IMG/VR virus record: IMGVR_UViG_3300021958_000042
Coordinates: 1-64,000 of that record
Origin: a virus
Lineage: Duplodnaviria; Caudoviricetes
Strand: one strand, 5' to 3'
Length of the DNA: 64,000 nt
The translations under genes and the position numbers were made by a program. Shown here one piece after another: positions 1-9,733 of this stretch; within the stretch, counting starts at the first letter, position 1; each line of letters starts with the position of its first letter. Under the pieces are notes generated by a model that was not told the DNA's origin, made no database searches, and worked only from the letters and a program-made list of their open reading frames with translations.

Positions 1-1139
1 GATAACCTTTCGTCGGGTACTGTAATATTTGACGTACCGCTTGTGTATTTAGCAGTGTTTGAAATTCTAAAATCAGTTAAATATCCAGCAAAACAATAAC
101 TAGAACTATAGTAAAGACCTCCGTAAACATAATAATAACCAGAGTAATCATTACTATCAGACAAAGATCCGCAATAAACTCCGTTATTATACAAATATAC
201 GGTTCCGTTATTTTTAACCATAGCAATATGATGCCAAACATTTGCGCTCATGGTATAATTAGAAGTTGCAGAGTTTATTCCGCCAGCTTTACATGCAACA
301 TTTATATAACCATTTTGTTCTGAAAAATATATATCGTCATTATTACCATTCGCTGCGGTTGAGCTTACTCGCAAAATGCCTTGGTTTAAATTAACTTGAT
401 CTAAATTTACCCAGCACTCAATAGTCCAATTTGCATTAGTGCCAGCCGGTAACGTAAACGTACCTTGATGTTCAATATAATCCGTAGAACCATCAAAATA
501 AGTAGAATAGCCCCCGCTACGATACGGGCTAAATGTACCAGCGTGAACATCTCCAGTTACAGTAATGCTATGGTTGTTTGTAGATGCATCCGTTATATTA
601 TTATTATCAGAAGTATCTACTGCTGTTGCTAACAAAGTTGTATATTTAGAATTTGTAACTATCACCATAAAGTTAAGTGACAAATTAGTAGATGTGCTCA
701 CTGCACCATTAACACCATCAGTTGCATTTATGGTTAACGAAAATGTTCCAGCATCTGCTTCAGTAGTACTTGGAGTGATAGTAAATACATTTTCCGTCTG
801 ACTCACTGTAGCAATACTGTTAAGTCCACTTGCAGAATAACTCCATGTTAAAGGAAATCCTTCTGGATCTGTGGAGACTGCCGTTATGGTTGTTGCTGTA
901 CCATCAATAGCAAGTTCATAAGTACCAGAGACACCAGTGATTGCACTAGGAGCATCATTTTGAATTGTTGCAATTAAATACCAACCAGTTCCAGAATAGA
1001 TATAAAGTTTATTTGTTGCCTGAACCAATGCCTGATCACCATTTGACATTCCTGTGAGTGCAATGAGCGCCGTCATATCCGTAACAGTTGTTGTAGATGC
1101 AGCAGCTGGTTGGTATCTTATGTTTGCATAATTTGTCAT
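1..1139 (-). CDS. Fibre/receptor-binding protein with Ig-like and LamG (concanavalin A-like) domains; 3'-truncated by the window edge; paralogue of 4477..6978
   Basis: Not in the ORF track because it has no stop inside the window. Manual translation from ATG at 1139 (directly after the TAA of 1140..1331) is open to base 1: MTNYANIRYQ...DMTALIALTGMSNGDQ...TDPEGFPLTWSY...GTFSPYRSGGYSTYFDGS...WTIECWV...WHHIAMVK...FAGYLTDFRIS. Confidence 0.85.
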   Translation of the reverse strand, partial: MTNYANIRYQPAAASTTTVTDMTALIALTGMSNGDQALVQATNKLYIYSGTGWYLIATIQNDAPSAITGVSGTYELAIDGTATTITAVSTDPEGFPLTWSYSASGLNSIATVSQTENVFTITPSTTEADAGTFSLTINATDGVNGAVSTSTNLSLNFMVIVTNSKYTTLLATAVDTSDNNNITDASTNNHSITVTGDVHAGTFSPYRSGGYSTYFDGSTDYIEHQGTFTLPAGTNANWTIECWVNLDQVNLNQGILRVSSTAANGNNDDIYFSEQNGYINVACKAGGINSATSNYTMSANVWHHIAMVKNNGTVYLYNNGVYCGSLSDSNDYSGYYYVYGGLYYSSSYCFAGYLTDFRISNTAKYTSGTSNITVPDERL

Positions 1140-1331
1140 TTAACTATCTGTCCATGTTTGTGGGTCAGTATCCGATACAACGCCATCACTGGGCTTAAAT
1201 CCAATATTGATCGCACTCAAAGATTTTACTGAGATTTTAAAAGTTGATGTGTTTGCAATCTCTGTTCCAGATTTGGAAAGAGTTGCAATCTTAAAAACTC
1301 CGGTAGATGCTATTTCAGTTGCAGTAGACAT
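1140..1331 (-). CDS. Small hypothetical protein (63 aa), last gene of fibre-tip cassette A
   Basis: ATG overlaps the stop of the upstream gene at 1331, and its TAA abuts the next ATG. It ends in PQTWTDS, echoing IQTWY at the end of 8621..9724. Confidence 0.6.
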   Translation of the reverse strand: MSTATEIASTGVFKIATLSKSGTEIANTSTFKISVKSLSAINIGFKPSDGVVSDTDPQTWTDS

Positions 1332-2470
1332 TAGAACGGTACATTATCTTCTGGGAAAGCATAACATGCATTGTAATCATTACCAGCATCTAGTCTATTA
1401 TTTTTTCCACATTTATGAGTTCTAAAAATTCTGTAATTTGTCGAATTTTCTGTTAACAAATCTCCACTAAATCCAACATCGTCTGTGGTTCGATACCAAT
1501 TCATTAATCTACCATATCTTGGATCTCCATTATCATCTTCATCATCCAAGTGTCCTTTATATTGCATCGGCACCAATGGATATCCAAATTGTCCGCCATC
1601 GATAGGATGTTTATACATTCTAGATCTACCAAGTGGCCACATCGTAGGATAGTTGGTATATTGTGCATCTTGATCTCCATAATGATAATTTGAATTTGTA
1701 CTAAATTCAGTGTTTCTATATTGACCGTCCATACTCAAATATTGTGCATTATGAATTCCATAATAAAACCCGTATGTACCTGTCTGTGCAGCAACTCCAT
1801 CAGCCTGATGCATTTGATCATATACAATAGTATAAAATTGAATACTAGGACAATATCTAGAATTTCCAGAATATGCATGATTATCGATAGAAGGCATATA
1901 TTCTAAATCGCACTCTACGAAAGTTGCATAATCTTTTTGAGAATCAGTACCATTTGTAATTAATTGAAACGCAAAAGTTGTATCATTCATAATAATGTGC
2001 ATTTCATCCCACTTACTTGGCATTTGCTGGTCATAAGGAGGAATCTGTGTCCTTCTATATTGTGTACTAGTTTCATTGGTCCAAAAATGACTGTCATTTG
2101 AGTATGGATGTCCATTGCCACTAGAAGAATCATATACTGTAAATCTCCAACTGTAATCTCTATCGACAAGCAATTTAATTATTCTTGAAGGCGTGTATCC
2201 AACAGACTGTCCTTTTGCATAATGATGTTTTGTGATGGTGAAGTTGCCGGAACCATTATAATTAGTATTAGAGCCAGACATGCCACCAATAGAATAAATT
2301 CCTGTAGTTGGCATAGAACCTGTAATAAAAGACTGGCCAGGATTGTGTCCATTCGAATCTAAACTATTAGCATCAGTAATGCTGCCCGCCAGAATATTTC
2401 TGATATTATTTATTGCCGCGACTGTACCAGTGCCGGTGCTATTTCCGCTTGAGACTAATTTTGCGTACAT
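1331..2470 (-). CDS. Putative virion structural / fibre-tip protein (~379 aa)
   Basis: The ORF track starts at 2512, but ATG at 2470 (MYAKLVSS) follows AGGAG and the stop of the upstream gene, so it is the likelier start. The product is beta-rich and Y/W/G/N-rich, with a C-terminal YPLVP...GRLMNWYRT...GD motif of the kind seen in phage virion proteins. Confidence 0.6.
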   Translation of the reverse strand: MYAKLVSSGNSTGTGTVAAINNIRNILAGSITDANSLDSNGHNPGQSFITGSMPTTGIYSIGGMSGSNTNYNGSGNFTITKHHYAKGQSVGYTPSRIIKLLVDRDYSWRFTVYDSSSGNGHPYSNDSHFWTNETSTQYRRTQIPPYDQQMPSKWDEMHIIMNDTTFAFQLITNGTDSQKDYATFVECDLEYMPSIDNHAYSGNSRYCPSIQFYTIVYDQMHQADGVAAQTGTYGFYYGIHNAQYLSMDGQYRNTEFSTNSNYHYGDQDAQYTNYPTMWPLGRSRMYKHPIDGGQFGYPLVPMQYKGHLDDEDDNGDPRYGRLMNWYRTTDDVGFSGDLLTENSTNYRIFRTHKCGKNNRLDAGNDYNACYAFPEDNVPF

Positions 2471-2474
2471 TTCT

Positions 2475-2744
2475 TTATTCTCCTGTAAATTCTGTCCAGA
2501 CACTATCAGCATCTATTAATGAATGTGATCCTAAGATTACAATCTCTTGCTGTCCGTTATGTAATCCACCGAACAACTGAGTATCAGTGTCATCTTCACC
2601 AAAAAGATATTCTCTTGATATTTGATCGTTGGTTGCAGTCGCAGAACGATACACTGTTAGTGTTTCCATATTACCATCTTCATCTACTGGTAACTGATAT
2701 TTAGATTTTAAATCTGCAATTATTGTTTCGTCTGTAATAGGCAT
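2475..2744 (-). CDS. Small acidic hypothetical protein (89 aa), possible fibre assembly/adaptor protein
   Basis: Tightly packed ORF with an upstream GGGG(A) SD-like run; positionally equivalent to 11575..11814. Confidence 0.6.
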   Translation of the reverse strand: MPITDETIIADLKSKYQLPVDEDGNMETLTVYRSATATNDQISREYLFGEDDTDTQLFGGLHNGQQEIVILGSHSLIDADSVWTEFTGE

Positions 2745-2753
2745 TTTATTCCC

Positions 2754-4472
2754 CTATGAATATGTAAATGTGACCCTTAAATTTTCTCCGGCCGTTCCAC
2801 TACCGACTTGCGTGATATCCAATGTCATATAATCATCTGCATTCAACGAAAAACTTGGATTTGTATCTTCTTGTTTTGTTGAACCGGCAGCAATGGACAT
2901 TGTTTTAGTAGTAGTCGTTCCACCAGAAACTTTGTTTATTGTTATATTTATACTACTTCCAGATGCAGCTGTATCAACCCTTGCAATTATTTTATTTACC
3001 ACAATATTTCTTGGGGCATACCATCTTTTAGTTCCTATTGTTACTAAAAGTTCACCTTCTTGTACAAGACTAACGACCCCCAATCCAACTCCACCACCAG
3101 TTAATAATCCAGAACCATCAGAGAGTTGGTTTATATCTGTGGGTACTGATGGTTTGTTTGTCAAATCGTTAAAATCGTTAGAGGTGGCCACAGTAGACAA
3201 TGTTGGTAAATTTGTTAAATTATTATAATCTACACTAGTAACACTCGTTTGTGCAATTTGCCCTATTTTTGTTTCAACTTCTGCATGAGAATTAAGATAG
3301 TCATTCATATGAGTTGGTACAAATTTTGTTCCATCATACATTAAACATGCAGTAGTTGGTATTGCTGGCTTGTCTTTGATTAAAAACGATGTCTTATGTC
3401 CAAATTGGGTGTGTTGAAAGTAAATCCTAATAGAATTGTCTGCGTCACCCAACACATCAACTTCTAAATCTTTTACATGAATTGTACCTTTCATTCCGCT
3501 ATGATTTGCACACTGATAATATAGTGTATCTGGAGCATCATTGGGAACTGTAAACGTGAGAGTACCAACCTCTGTTCTAGAACCACTGACACCGTTTGTA
3601 TATTCTCCAGCATAACCACCTTGTGTCCAGTTTGTACCATCATCTGTTGTTAAATAAAATGGATGTCCTGTAACATCTAAATTAAATGTATAGGTGCCAC
3701 CACGATAAACTGCTTCAATATCTGTGCCATGAGTCAAATCTATGTTATATGCACCAGACACTACACTAACATTCATAGAAATAGATGGTGCAACTAAAGT
3801 GATATCAGATGCGGAAAAATCAGAGGGAATAGTCCATACATGTTTTTGCACCTGTGTATTTCCACCAGCCACCGAATTAAAACGATCTTCTGTAGTACTT
3901 GTTACGCCTGTGATTAAATTGTCCGTACCCGCTCCTAAAACTGATTTTAAATAACCAGCATGTGCCTGTGTCATATCTCCATATTGAGTATATGCAAAGT
4001 TTACAAAAGTATATGTTCCCTCTCTATAGAGTGGTACTTCTGTTTCTGCACTTGAATTTGTAATTGAACCTCGGCCATATAACAAAGTTTCTCCCCAAGT
4101 CCAAAACCAATTCATTCCACCGCCACCTTCGTTTGCATTCACAACCAATTCCATATTTTCTGGAACTAGTGATACATCCAAATCTGGTGAGGCAATAGAT
4201 GCAGAACTTGTAAGTTGGCCATCTGTGATTGATAAATTTTCATCTCCAAGATAAATTGTTCCAGATGATAGATAGATATCTCTAAATTTATTAGTAGAAC
4301 TACCTAAATCGTATGTTAATGTTGTATCTGGTAATACATGTCCTGACACTACTGGCGGCGTAGTTGTACCTTGTTTTGCCCAAACACCTTTAGTGGAGTT
4401 ATATACAAAAACAACTCCATTTGCCGTAAAGGTATCTCCATTAGAGGGGCTTGTTGGGAAATTCTGCGCCAT
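2754..4472 (-). CDS. Tail fibre protein with cupredoxin-like (H...C-x2-H-x2-M) domain; paralogue of 11840..13465
   Basis: N-terminal NFPTSPSNG module; GHVLPDTTLTYDLGSSTNKFRDIYLS fibre motif; GHPFYL...APDTLYYQCANHSGM; C-terminal GTKRWYAP...DYMTLDITQVGS domain. All are shared with 11840..13465. Confidence 0.8.
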   Translation of the reverse strand: MAQNFPTSPSNGDTFTANGVVFVYNSTKGVWAKQGTTTPPVVSGHVLPDTTLTYDLGSSTNKFRDIYLSSGTIYLGDENLSITDGQLTSSASIASPDLDVSLVPENMELVVNANEGGGGMNWFWTWGETLLYGRGSITNSSAETEVPLYREGTYTFVNFAYTQYGDMTQAHAGYLKSVLGAGTDNLITGVTSTTEDRFNSVAGGNTQVQKHVWTIPSDFSASDITLVAPSISMNVSVVSGAYNIDLTHGTDIEAVYRGGTYTFNLDVTGHPFYLTTDDGTNWTQGGYAGEYTNGVSGSRTEVGTLTFTVPNDAPDTLYYQCANHSGMKGTIHVKDLEVDVLGDADNSIRIYFQHTQFGHKTSFLIKDKPAIPTTACLMYDGTKFVPTHMNDYLNSHAEVETKIGQIAQTSVTSVDYNNLTNLPTLSTVATSNDFNDLTNKPSVPTDINQLSDGSGLLTGGGVGLGVVSLVQEGELLVTIGTKRWYAPRNIVVNKIIARVDTAASGSSINITINKVSGGTTTTKTMSIAAGSTKQEDTNPSFSLNADDYMTLDITQVGSGTAGENLRVTFTYS

Positions 4473-4476
4473 TTTT

Positions 4477-6978
4477 TTATCCTTCTAACGGGGCTGTTGG
4501 TGGTGTAAAGTTTGAGGTGTATCTTGCTAAACCATTAGTGATGCGAAAGTCTTGGATGTAGCCATTAAAAGTTCCACCCCAATAACTGCCAATTTTAAGT
4601 CCACTATGGCTTAAATTAAATGTTCCTGAACTTGTATAGGTATCTACCGAGGTGCCATTTTGATATAAAGTAATTGTGCTTCCCAATCTAACTATAGCAA
4701 TATGAGTCCAAGTATTTGTACTAGCTATATTTGAATTTAAAATTTGAGAACTAGATGATATATTATTAACCCAGAAGCTAAATTGGTCATTAACAGTACC
4801 GTGTCTCCAAGTAAGAACCACAGCATTTGATCCAAAACTTCCGTTTCCTGTACCAAAAATGCCACTTAATGTTGAATTAGAGGGCCATATCCAAGATTCA
4901 ATGGTAAAATCACCAGATATATTAAATTTATCATCCTCTGAAATAGATACATAATCCCCACTCCCATCAAAATACATAGACTTAGTATCTGCAAACTTAA
5001 CCTGAGTCGTTGAACCAGTAGTATTACCAACCAGTTTTAGGTTAGCGCCCTGAGACTTATCTATGATAGAGGCGTCAGTGCCTTTGATGTGTAGAGATGC
5101 GCCAGAGGATGATAGTGGAGCAGTAGGTGGTGTGAAGTTAGATGTATAAAGTGCCGTTCCCTTGGTAATTTTTATATCAGATAAAAATGCTGTAAGAAAT
5201 TCTGATCCCGATGCCGCAGGGGCATCAGCATTATTACCTATACTCAAAGGCGCATAGGTAAAATTGTTAGAACTGGTTCCTGAAACTTGTTGGATTCCGT
5301 CTACGAATTGACGAAGTGTATTTCCGCTTCTTGTAAAAGCAATGTGATGCCACTGCTTTAAATTTATAACTCCTGCTGCAGTACTTGCAAGTTGTGCATC
5401 TGAATAGAAATACATATATCCAGAACTATGCACACCCCAAGCAAACTCATTTGCACTAGTTGATGACGCATTAAGCCTTTGTGCAACTATGCTTTGCCAT
5501 GTGCCACCCGTTTCTGTTCTATAAATCCAACCCTCCAGTGTAAAATCTCCAGTACCAAATGTATCTGTATTATTAGAGGCCACCAAATAATCACCACTCC
5601 CATCAAAATACACAGACCCACCATGACTTCCTACTGTGTATTCTTGGTAGTCATACGGGCTGAAAGGTTTTGTTGAGGTGTTACCGTTTACAGTTATGGA
5701 GTGATCGTTAGAAGAACCATCTGCAATATACGGCAAGTGGCAAGTGAGTAAACTAGTGCCCGAAACTGCTGTGAGGGTTTCTGTGGGTGGAGTAAATGCG
5801 GAAGTGTAGACGGCCGTACCTTTTACTATACGCACATCAGTTATAAATCCAGAAAAATAATTAGTGCCCGTGGCGACTTGTGCGCCGACTGCTAATGCAT
5901 TTCCATGAGTTAAATCTCTGCTATTAGTAACAGTATCAACTACTGTACCATTTACAAATAATTTGGCTGATGTGCCTGATCTAGATACAGCGACATGATT
6001 CCAAGTATTTACAACTATATTTGAACTACTAGGATCCTGTAAAAATACACCATCGCCTGGAGTATAAAATGCTAATGAGTTGCCAGTGCTTCTCCAATAT
6101 AACTGATAACTGCCGTTATCTCCTGATACATAAGTATCAACTATTAGATGATTGCCTGATAAGGCTGTTGGATAAATCCAAGCTTCAATTGTGAAATCAC
6201 CAGTACCAAAGTCGAAACTTGTATTGGAAGGGGTTGTAATATAATCCCCACTTCCATCAAAATAAGTCGAGTAACCACCACTACGATACGGACTAAACGT
6301 CCCAGCATAAGCATCGCCATTTACTGTAATGCTGTGGTTATTGGTTGATGCATCCGTTATGTTATTATTATCTGAGGTATCTACTGCTGTTGCTAAAAGA
6401 GTTGTATATTTAATATTTGTGATAAAAAATTGCAGTGTTATCGATGTGTTTGTACTTACTGCTCCATTCACACCATCAGTTGCATTGAGTGTTAACGAAA
6501 ATGTTCCAGCATCTGCTTCAGTAGTACTTGGAGTGATAGTAAATACATTGTCTGCTTGACTTACTGTAGCAATACCACCAAGTCCAGTTGTTGAATAACT
6601 CCATGTAAGAGGAAATCCTTCAGGGTCTGTAGAAACCGCTGTGATTACAGTAGGAGTTCCGTCAATAGCAAGTTCATAGGTTCCATTAACTCCAGTAATT
6701 GCACTAGGAGCATCATTCTGCACAGTAGCTACTTTATACCAACCAGTACCAGAATAGATATAAAGATTATTGTTTCCTGTTACAAATGCCTGATCTCCAT
6801 TCGACATTCCAGTTGCAGCAATTAATGCTGTCATATCTGCAAGAACATCTATGGACGCACCACCAGAAGAAACTTCGGAACTTTCCCAATATCCTTTTGT
6901 GGCATTGTAAACATATGTTACATTACCTTCAGTTACTTCTTGTGCATTTGTTGGACTGTCTGGAAAATTAATTGCCAT
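4477..6978 (-). CDS. Fibre/receptor-binding protein with an Ig/cadherin-like domain and three LamG (concanavalin A-like) domains
   Basis: Three repeats of YFDGSGDY...GDFT(I/L)ExWI...W(N/H/T)H(V/I)A..R.G...(L/Q)(F/Y)..G...F.GxIxD.RI...YTSxFTPPT, the standard LamG-like signature; N-terminal NFPDSP module. Confidence 0.85.
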   Translation of the reverse strand: MAINFPDSPTNAQEVTEGNVTYVYNATKGYWESSEVSSGGASIDVLADMTALIAATGMSNGDQAFVTGNNNLYIYSGTGWYKVATVQNDAPSAITGVNGTYELAIDGTPTVITAVSTDPEGFPLTWSYSTTGLGGIATVSQADNVFTITPSTTEADAGTFSLTLNATDGVNGAVSTNTSITLQFFITNIKYTTLLATAVDTSDNNNITDASTNNHSITVNGDAYAGTFSPYRSGGYSTYFDGSGDYITTPSNTSFDFGTGDFTIEAWIYPTALSGNHLIVDTYVSGDNGSYQLYWRSTGNSLAFYTPGDGVFLQDPSSSNIVVNTWNHVAVSRSGTSAKLFVNGTVVDTVTNSRDLTHGNALAVGAQVATGTNYFSGFITDVRIVKGTAVYTSAFTPPTETLTAVSGTSLLTCHLPYIADGSSNDHSITVNGNTSTKPFSPYDYQEYTVGSHGGSVYFDGSGDYLVASNNTDTFGTGDFTLEGWIYRTETGGTWQSIVAQRLNASSTSANEFAWGVHSSGYMYFYSDAQLASTAAGVINLKQWHHIAFTRSGNTLRQFVDGIQQVSGTSSNNFTYAPLSIGNNADAPAASGSEFLTAFLSDIKITKGTALYTSNFTPPTAPLSSSGASLHIKGTDASIIDKSQGANLKLVGNTTGSTTQVKFADTKSMYFDGSGDYVSISEDDKFNISGDFTIESWIWPSNSTLSGIFGTGNGSFGSNAVVLTWRHGTVNDQFSFWVNNISSSSQILNSNIASTNTWTHIAIVRLGSTITLYQNGTSVDTYTSSGTFNLSHSGLKIGSYWGGTFNGYIQDFRITNGLARYTSNFTPPTAPLEG

Positions 6979-7023
6979 TTTTTTATTCCTCTAATGGACT
7001 GTAGATGCGTTGCTCATAATATG

Positions 7024-8571
7024 TTACCTTATCCATACATAGCCCGGCAATGTATTTGTACTTGCTGAATTTGTCCACTCGCTATAACCAGCACTCGTTG
7101 TTTTTGCCGGATTTCCAGTAGATGCACCAAACCCAAAACCAGAGCCCGCGCCGCCCGAATTATTACCAAACGTGTAATTTGTCTGCTCATCTATCGGACA
7201 TCCAATCCACGCACCCGCTCTACCAACCGAAGGATAACCCTCCGCTGTAGTAGAATTGGTTGAATTTGTCGCCCACATCGCAATACCATAATTGTTTACA
7301 TAGTCTTCGGCTCCATTTGCATCATTAAAATTATTTCCATTTTTTTCAAAGCTTGAATCGTGGTATTTCATAAGTGTTGTGTATGATGGAGTTGTGCTGG
7401 TAGCGGGAACTGTATTATTTACATTTGACGCTGCACTTGTACCGCCAGCAAGTGTAATTGCCGCAGCAAACGTCCTCGCACTAGAAAAGTGCATAGTTGG
7501 TGGATATTTGGCTGTACCGTCTTGGTGCATTTCCATTTGCAAATTGGTGAACTCGATATTGTTCCAAGTAGCGTATTTTGCATAATTTCCAGAAGTTAAA
7601 TTTGCATCAGTTTCGTTGTGCAATGTAGTGTTAGTCCACAAAGCACTTCCAGAAGGCATATCCCCTTGGTTGTGAACTTTGAGAAGTAAATACCAATCAT
7701 TTCCATCAATGTAATTAAACTTACAGTACGCAGCAAAAACAGAGCCGTTTGATATAGAGTTGTCGAAGTAATATAAACCGTCTGTTGTAGTACCCGCTGA
7801 CCTTAATGCTGCAATATTAGTAGCAGGGTTGACTTGACTACCGACCGCGCCTAATATGATTGAACACGATTTGCTAATTACATGTAGTCCATCAGTAGCT
7901 TTAAATCTAGCAGAAAATGTATTCCCAATTAATGATGCATCGGTACTCGGCGTAAAAGTAAAAGTGCCATTGTTTTCTGATATTGTTGCTTCTGATATAG
8001 AGCTAGGATTAGTGTCTACGCTATAAGAGACAGGAAATCCATCTGGATCTGTAGCCGCTATTGTTAAAGTTTGATCAGCGCCAGAGGGAGTTAAAAAGTA
8101 ATTGGCTGGAGGCTCTGTAGACCAAGTTAAGGTTTCGTCAGAACCATTATAAACTCTATCCCATTCAGATCCATCCCAGATATACAGAGATTTAGTATCG
8201 CTAGCAAATGCAAAGTCGCCGACTGTATTACCCGAAGAAGGAAATGCAGCAAAGTTTGCATATGAAGTGACTGAAGAACCATCTGCTCCAGCTGGGCCTG
8301 ACTGAGTATTTGGATTCATTTGAACCCATTGTGTAGATGTTCCATCATCATACCAGATAAATGTTTTTCCTACAGAACTATCAAACCACATGTCTCCATT
8401 ATTTGGATTTGTTGGCGCAGTAACTGAAGTTGTTACAGTTGCTGGAGTAAGAGTTGGACCCACGGCGCTGTTAGAATCCCACACTCCCGCCGTTGCATCA
8501 TATGTATAGACGATTGTTCCGATTTGAACTGTCTGTCCATTAGTAGGATTATCTGGTAACGATATAGGCAT
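7024..8571 (-). CDS. Fibre protein with FPxSP and WFD modules, an Ig-like domain and a C-terminal fibrinogen-like domain
   Basis: MPISLPDNPTNG...; TAPTNPNNGDMWFDSS...QWV; ATDPDGFPVSYS Ig-like segment; NPATNIAALRSAG...DGLYYF...AYCKF...DWYLLLKV resembles the start of fibrinogen-like domains. Confidence 0.7.
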   Translation of the reverse strand: MPISLPDNPTNGQTVQIGTIVYTYDATAGVWDSNSAVGPTLTPATVTTSVTAPTNPNNGDMWFDSSVGKTFIWYDDGTSTQWVQMNPNTQSGPAGADGSSVTSYANFAAFPSSGNTVGDFAFASDTKSLYIWDGSEWDRVYNGSDETLTWSTEPPANYFLTPSGADQTLTIAATDPDGFPVSYSVDTNPSSISEATISENNGTFTFTPSTDASLIGNTFSARFKATDGLHVISKSCSIILGAVGSQVNPATNIAALRSAGTTTDGLYYFDNSISNGSVFAAYCKFNYIDGNDWYLLLKVHNQGDMPSGSALWTNTTLHNETDANLTSGNYAKYATWNNIEFTNLQMEMHQDGTAKYPPTMHFSSARTFAAAITLAGGTSAASNVNNTVPATSTTPSYTTLMKYHDSSFEKNGNNFNDANGAEDYVNNYGIAMWATNSTNSTTAEGYPSVGRAGAWIGCPIDEQTNYTFGNNSGGAGSGFGFGASTGNPAKTTSAGYSEWTNSASTNTLPGYVWIR

Positions 8572-8603
8572 GTATTAAGAACTCCATATTTAATACTCGT
8601 TTA

Positions 8604-8611
8604 TATTTATA
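8604..8611 (-). promoter_or_regulatory. T4-type late promoter (TATAAATA)
   Basis: Perfect TATAAATA on the minus strand in the intergenic gap, ~33 nt upstream of the ATG at 8571, with a GGAG SD in between. Confidence 0.75.
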
Positions 8612-8620
8612 ATACTTTTC

Positions 8621-9724
8621 TTAATACCAAGTTTGAATTTCAGAAGTTCCACTAGAACCGCCTCCATCGCCGCTTCCATTCACATCACTTTGGATAGCTC
8701 TTGCAATTTTATACTGTCTGCGTGTTCCATCTAATTGCCTCAATTCTGCAAGATTATAAGGAACTGTATTATTTATAGATAGAACCGACTCTCTAAAGTG
8801 TTTTGGGGCATATGTTATAGTATTTTCAGAAGATACTTGCACTCTTTGTCTGTCATAAAAAGACAAATCTGGGGCAGTATAAGAAGATGGTTGTGTGTTT
8901 GTATAAATAAAATTATCCGTCCAACCTGCACTGCCAAAGATACCCGCCAATCCAAGAGAAAGCGATTCATGAAGTTCTTGAACTTCAGTTGTAGAAAATG
9001 CCTGATTACAAAATCCAAATTCTGTAAAATATCCTGGCGCCTGGCCAGAATAACCAAAAGATGATGCATTTGTTCCAGAGACTACTCTATCTGTAGTTCC
9101 AACAAACTGACCGTCTATGTAATAAGATTGAGTTCCCGTTGATGCTGTAGAACTATCTCCACTACCAACGACAATAATTGTCTGCCATGCTATTGAAATA
9201 TCATATCCTGTGTCTCTAAAAGAACCATTGCGATTTGAAAACATCCCAAGATTTTTTGTCCCATCCTGTACAATAATATTATGATCGTTATCCCCGCGCC
9301 AAAATGTTCTCCATCCAGTATCTGTTACTCTAGGATACCATCCAGCAAACATAGTATAATATTGACCAAAAACAGGCGCAGTTCCTGACATACTAATAAC
9401 ATTAGTTGTGTCTATATTGAGACAAAGTTTTCCATCTATCGTTGTTGTGGTTACGGCAGTGCTCCAGTTTGGAGAATAAGAATCTGATAAAGCATTTCCA
9501 GAAGTATGTCCATCTACAGTTGCAAATTGTTGTGGTGATCTTGTAGATATATAATTAGATACTGGTACAGTTGTCGAACTATTAAGTGTATATGCTCCAA
9601 ATGATACATCCAAGGATACTGCGCTTGGCCAAGAAACATTAGAACTAGAGCTACTTACAGGAAATTTCCCATAAGTAGGTCTAATATTTGGTATCCCACT
9701 TGTATTTACAGTAAGGGTTGTCAT
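8621..9724 (-). CDS. Putative lectin/LamG-like fibre-tip protein (367 aa), last gene of cassette B
   Basis: WQTIIVVGSG...YYIDGQFVG resembles the LamG core; the protein ends in IQTWY. Confidence 0.6.
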   Translation of the reverse strand: MTTLTVNTSGIPNIRPTYGKFPVSSSSSNVSWPSAVSLDVSFGAYTLNSSTTVPVSNYISTRSPQQFATVDGHTSGNALSDSYSPNWSTAVTTTTIDGKLCLNIDTTNVISMSGTAPVFGQYYTMFAGWYPRVTDTGWRTFWRGDNDHNIIVQDGTKNLGMFSNRNGSFRDTGYDISIAWQTIIVVGSGDSSTASTGTQSYYIDGQFVGTTDRVVSGTNASSFGYSGQAPGYFTEFGFCNQAFSTTEVQELHESLSLGLAGIFGSAGWTDNFIYTNTQPSSYTAPDLSFYDRQRVQVSSENTITYAPKHFRESVLSINNTVPYNLAELRQLDGTRRQYKIARAIQSDVNGSGDGGGSSGTSEIQTWY

Positions 9725-9733
9725 GTATCCCCC

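Larger units (their letters stand above)
485..6840 (-). repeat. ~590-nt duplicated coding block (485..1080 vs 6250..6840)
   Basis: Near-identical protein stretch from DMTALIA to YSTYFDGS; most DNA differences are at third codon positions. Confidence 0.9.

Noticed and set aside
485-6840. Diversity-generating retroelement (template/variable repeat pair)
   Set aside because: Differences between the duplicated blocks involve all bases and are mostly synonymous, not adenine-specific, and no reverse transcriptase is in the window.
6991-7017. Eight-residue mini-ORF (MSNASTVH) in the 45-nt gap
   Set aside because: Too short, with no SD; it could be chance or a deletion scar, and nothing in the sequence distinguishes these.
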